Shown: positions 60,916 through 64,000 of the stretch, one piece after another
Layout of the letters: every line of letters starts with the position of its first letter
Position numbering within the stretch: position 1 is the stretch's first letter
Assembly: GCF_006345805.1 (NCBI RefSeq)
Contig: NC_042997.1
Span: 44,702,001-44,766,000, forward strand
DNA from: Octopus sinensis
Taxonomy: Eukaryota
Length of the DNA: 64,000 nucleotides
Direction: 5' to 3'
Translations under genes and position numbers: made by a program
Notes under the pieces: generated by a model
The model's input: only the letters and a program-made list of their open reading frames with translations
Databases searched by the model: none
What the model was told of the DNA's origin: nothing

Positions 60916-61519
60916 TAATTTCTAGGTAACTATAAAGTTTTAAACTTCGTATACTGGTAGAATGTGATTATAAAACATCATTTTCTCTTGGTTTTATTGA
61001 GAAAATTCTATAGTTTGTAAGATATTTCGTCTGAAATTTCGAGCATTTCGGCAATTTTAACCAATCGATTACCTCCATTGAGCTAAAATCATTTGCTGCG
61101 TCTAAAACTGAGATAACATCCTCTCACTAACCCTAAACCTCCCCCTAACCCTAACCCTAATTTTTTTTTCTTAATTGTTAAATCAATTTAATTGTTACGC
61201 GTGTAAAAAAAAAACGAAAGCAATGGAAAATAATTTAAACAATTAACAAACAAAATAATTCTATAATTTTATACACACGCTTTCCGTGTTAGGGTTAGGG
61301 GGAGGTTTAGGGTTAGTGACAGGATGTTGTCTCAGTTTTAGACGCAGCAAATGATTTTAGCTCAATTAGAGGCAATTGATTGGTTAAAATTCTAAAAATT
61401 AAACTACGTTAAACAAACGAATTACAATTTTATCAAGAAAGCCAAGAGAAAAAATGTTTTATTTTGACACATTCTACCAGTATAAGAAGTTTTAAAGTAT
61501 TTAGTTAACTAGAAATTGT
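60916..61519. mobile_element. Fold-back MITE with inverted telomere-like repeats
   Basis: Arms ~60916-61160 and ~61289-61519; inner ends CTAACCCTAAACCTCCCCCTAACCCTAACCCTAA / TTAGGGTTAGGGGGAGGTTTAGGGTTAG. Confidence 0.75.
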
Positions 61520-62051
61520 CTGCCGTTCAAAAGGAAAAGATCGGGCTCGGGCCGAGTAAAGCTTTGTTTCTGGATTTGATATACGGGGACTGAAAGAAAA
61601 CCGTCGCGCGCACGCGCGCGTGTGTGTGTGTGTGCGTGCGCGTGTATATGTGTGTGAGTGAGTGTGTATATAAATATGTGTGTATGTATATATATATATA
61701 TATGAATATGTATGTGTGTGAGTGCGACTTTGAGACTGCCCCCTCTCATCACCATTTGACAATCAATGTTGGGTTGTTTACGTCCCTGAAACATAGCGGT
61801 TTGGAATCAGAAATCGCTAGAATAAATACCATGGTTTAAAAGAAATATAGGGGCGATTCGTCCGATTAAAACACTCCGATGCGTTGTCCCAGTATGGTTG
61901 CTGTCCAATGACTATAACAGGTAAATCGTAAAAAGTAACCCAGGTCTTGCTGAAATAGGGAATTCTGGTTGCGGAGTGTGCACGCTGGTTCTGGTAATCT
62001 TTTTAAATACTTACAATCTAGAAACAGTAGAGTGAGGTAATTAACCTCTTA

Positions 62052-62478
62052 ATACATTATGGACACATTGAAACTCCGACGTCTGGCAGCTGACTTGGCA
62101 GACACCCATACAATTATCAACCATCGCACAAACAATAACTCTGAGCACCTTTTCAAACTCCACCCATCTAACACCCGTGGACATATTTACAAAGTCAGAA
62201 AACAGCACAGCTCCCATGACTTCAGGAAACATTTTTCCACGCTGAGAGTTGCTGAAGCATGGAACAAACTGCCGGCATCAGTTGTTAGTTGTCGGAGCAC
62301 TGCATCCTTCAAAACTTCCATGCTTTCTGAGATTCGCCAACACTACACCTGATTTTCTCCCCTCCATACACACACAAGCATGTATCTGACTCATACATTG
62401 TTCGCTTTCCAGACATTTGTACATTACTGCATATACTCTGACAAGTTGTGGTGCACCTGAGCACTGTATACAATAATT

Positions 62479-62518
<40 letters not shown>
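62052..62518 (+). mobile_element. 5'-truncated CR1-type LINE 3' end with an (ATT)n tail
   Basis: LKLRRLAADL..TRGHIYK..RVAEAWNKLPASVV..FK C-terminal motifs; (ATT)n at 62481-62518. Confidence 0.85.
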
Positions 62519-63601
62519 CTCGTATATCTCCGTTCAGAGATGTCTAGTAAATATATTTTTGAACGAAAATATACGTTCACTGTACTCTGAGATGTTTGTA
62601 ACTTATTTCTAACCCGAAATACTTCGTTTATGGTGTTATTCCCGTTTTCTATCATTAACTACAAAGGGCACAAAAAAAAAAGAAGAAAAACCTTTTTTGT
62701 CTGCTACCCGGACAAATGGTGCTGTACTAAACTAAATCGAGTACGCTGATTCCAAATCTGAACTCAGAATTACTGTAACACGTCAGGATTTTGAGTTAGG
62801 CGCATAATTATATATTAATACTACATTAGTATCGGGAATGGTTAAGTTCAAGGTAAAAAATTATCATAATAGTATACTAGTACTGTATATAGTATATTTA
62901 TGTTCAAGGCAAATATTATTATAATATAATGGTACATAGTAGGAGTGGCTGTGTGGTAAGTAGCTTGCTTCCGCACATGCGCGTCAGGTCGACTTCTTGC
63001 CAGTGAACAGTGAGGACGTGAGCTTTGAGCTCCGTCCTAGAAAGAAAAAAGAACAAAAACAGAGAAGGTTGTCGAGGCAAGTGATTTTGTTTTATCTGAG
63101 TTGGGTGTAATTTGTTATATTGTAATTTTTTGTTAACAAATTTCGCCCATTGCTGGGACAATTTCGCCTGCTCTCGGAGGCTGCTGTTTTGTGAATTTAG
63201 TGTGAATTTTTTGGATTCATTTTAAAAAAACAGTGGAGGGGTGTATCCTCGGCCGAATGATTAGAACCTGTTACAGTTGCTGTTGCAGTTACCGTTGGCT
63301 GTGACCAGTTTTGTGTTTGGATTTATTGGAGTTCTTTTACCAATTACGGGAAAAAACGATTCATACCAAGGAACCTATATGCATTTGACCGGGAATACCT
63401 GTGGGCCAGGAAATTGGAGTTTTGCTGAGTGAATTGTTTTCCTTTTTTCCGTCTACCCTTCCTGTTTTGTTTTAACTGTTTAATTATTTTTTGGACTTTA
63501 TTATATTTTTTGCTGTTTCTGTTAACTTTTGTGTACCAGTTTTGGACTTATTCTGTGACCTTTGAACTTTCTTTGAACTTTCAAGACTTTCTTTTTTGCA
63601 C

Positions 63602-64000
63602 ATGGCAAAAATAAACGGTGTCGCTGCTTTGGAGTGGGAGGTGGTCCCACCCAAACAGTGGATTAAAGATCTTGAGAAGAGGACGGTGGTGCTACGGACC
63701 TATTCTAGGTCGCGTGGTGCCATCACCCTCTTCGACAAGAGCATAAATGAGAGAGAGAGTTGGCAGACTACCTGCCAACTATAAAATTTATTTCACGGGG
63801 GACCAAATTTGCAACGGTCTGGTTGCTGTTTGGTACCCCCGAGGAAGCTGGCAAATTTGCCAGCGAGCCCCTTGAGGGGAATGAAATTTTGTTCTCCCCC
63901 ACGTATTGTGGGAGGAAGATAAGAATAGCCTGGGTATGCGGGCTGCCCCCGGGCACGGAAGCGGGATGGATCGAAGATACCATCCGGCGAGGCCTGGGGG
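63602..64000 (+). mobile_element. Probable ORF1 start of an L1/Tx1-like LINE, running off the window end
   Basis: GC-richer coding-like segment MAKING..RTVVLRTY and a later frame PTYCGRKIRIAWVCGLPPG resembling the xVRVxGIPP motif of Tx1 ORF1; preceded by a T-rich putative 5' UTR from ~62980. Confidence 0.4.

Noticed and set aside
61127-61317. True telomere or chromosome-fusion site
   Set aside because: There are only 3-4 imperfect repeats, embedded symmetrically in the arms of a MITE-like element.

Overview
Repeat-dense, AT-rich animal genomic DNA. The SINE families and microsatellite load look like an octopus/coleoid cephalopod; this is my inference from recalled repeat families, not a database result. 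Nearly all recognisable coding sequence is transposon-derived. It includes a complete Mag-like Ty3/Gypsy LTR element (9880-14416, minus, TSD TATAG), a near-full-length CR1/L2-type LINE (~29020-33635) and an R4/Dong-type LINE sitting in a (TAA)n tract (33857-37757). There are also two Penelope GIY-YIG remnants with hammerhead-ribozyme-like motifs, decayed mariner and piggyBac transposases, non-autonomous Helitrons, several MITEs and more than 25 tRNA-derived SINE copies. The only plausible host coding sequence is an 843-860 aa single-exon orphan ORF (52894-55476, minus). The most striking unexplained structure is a 2.9 kb non-coding fold-back element (39315-42233). It has ~1.32 kb near-identical arms and a perfect 9-bp target-site duplication, and each arm carries the same retroposon cassette. 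Other notable items are a perfect 39-bp array built from a SINE 3' tail plus a 12-bp palindrome, and a fold-back MITE with inverted telomere-like repeats. Coordinates were counted by hand; element ends without a TSD are approximate.
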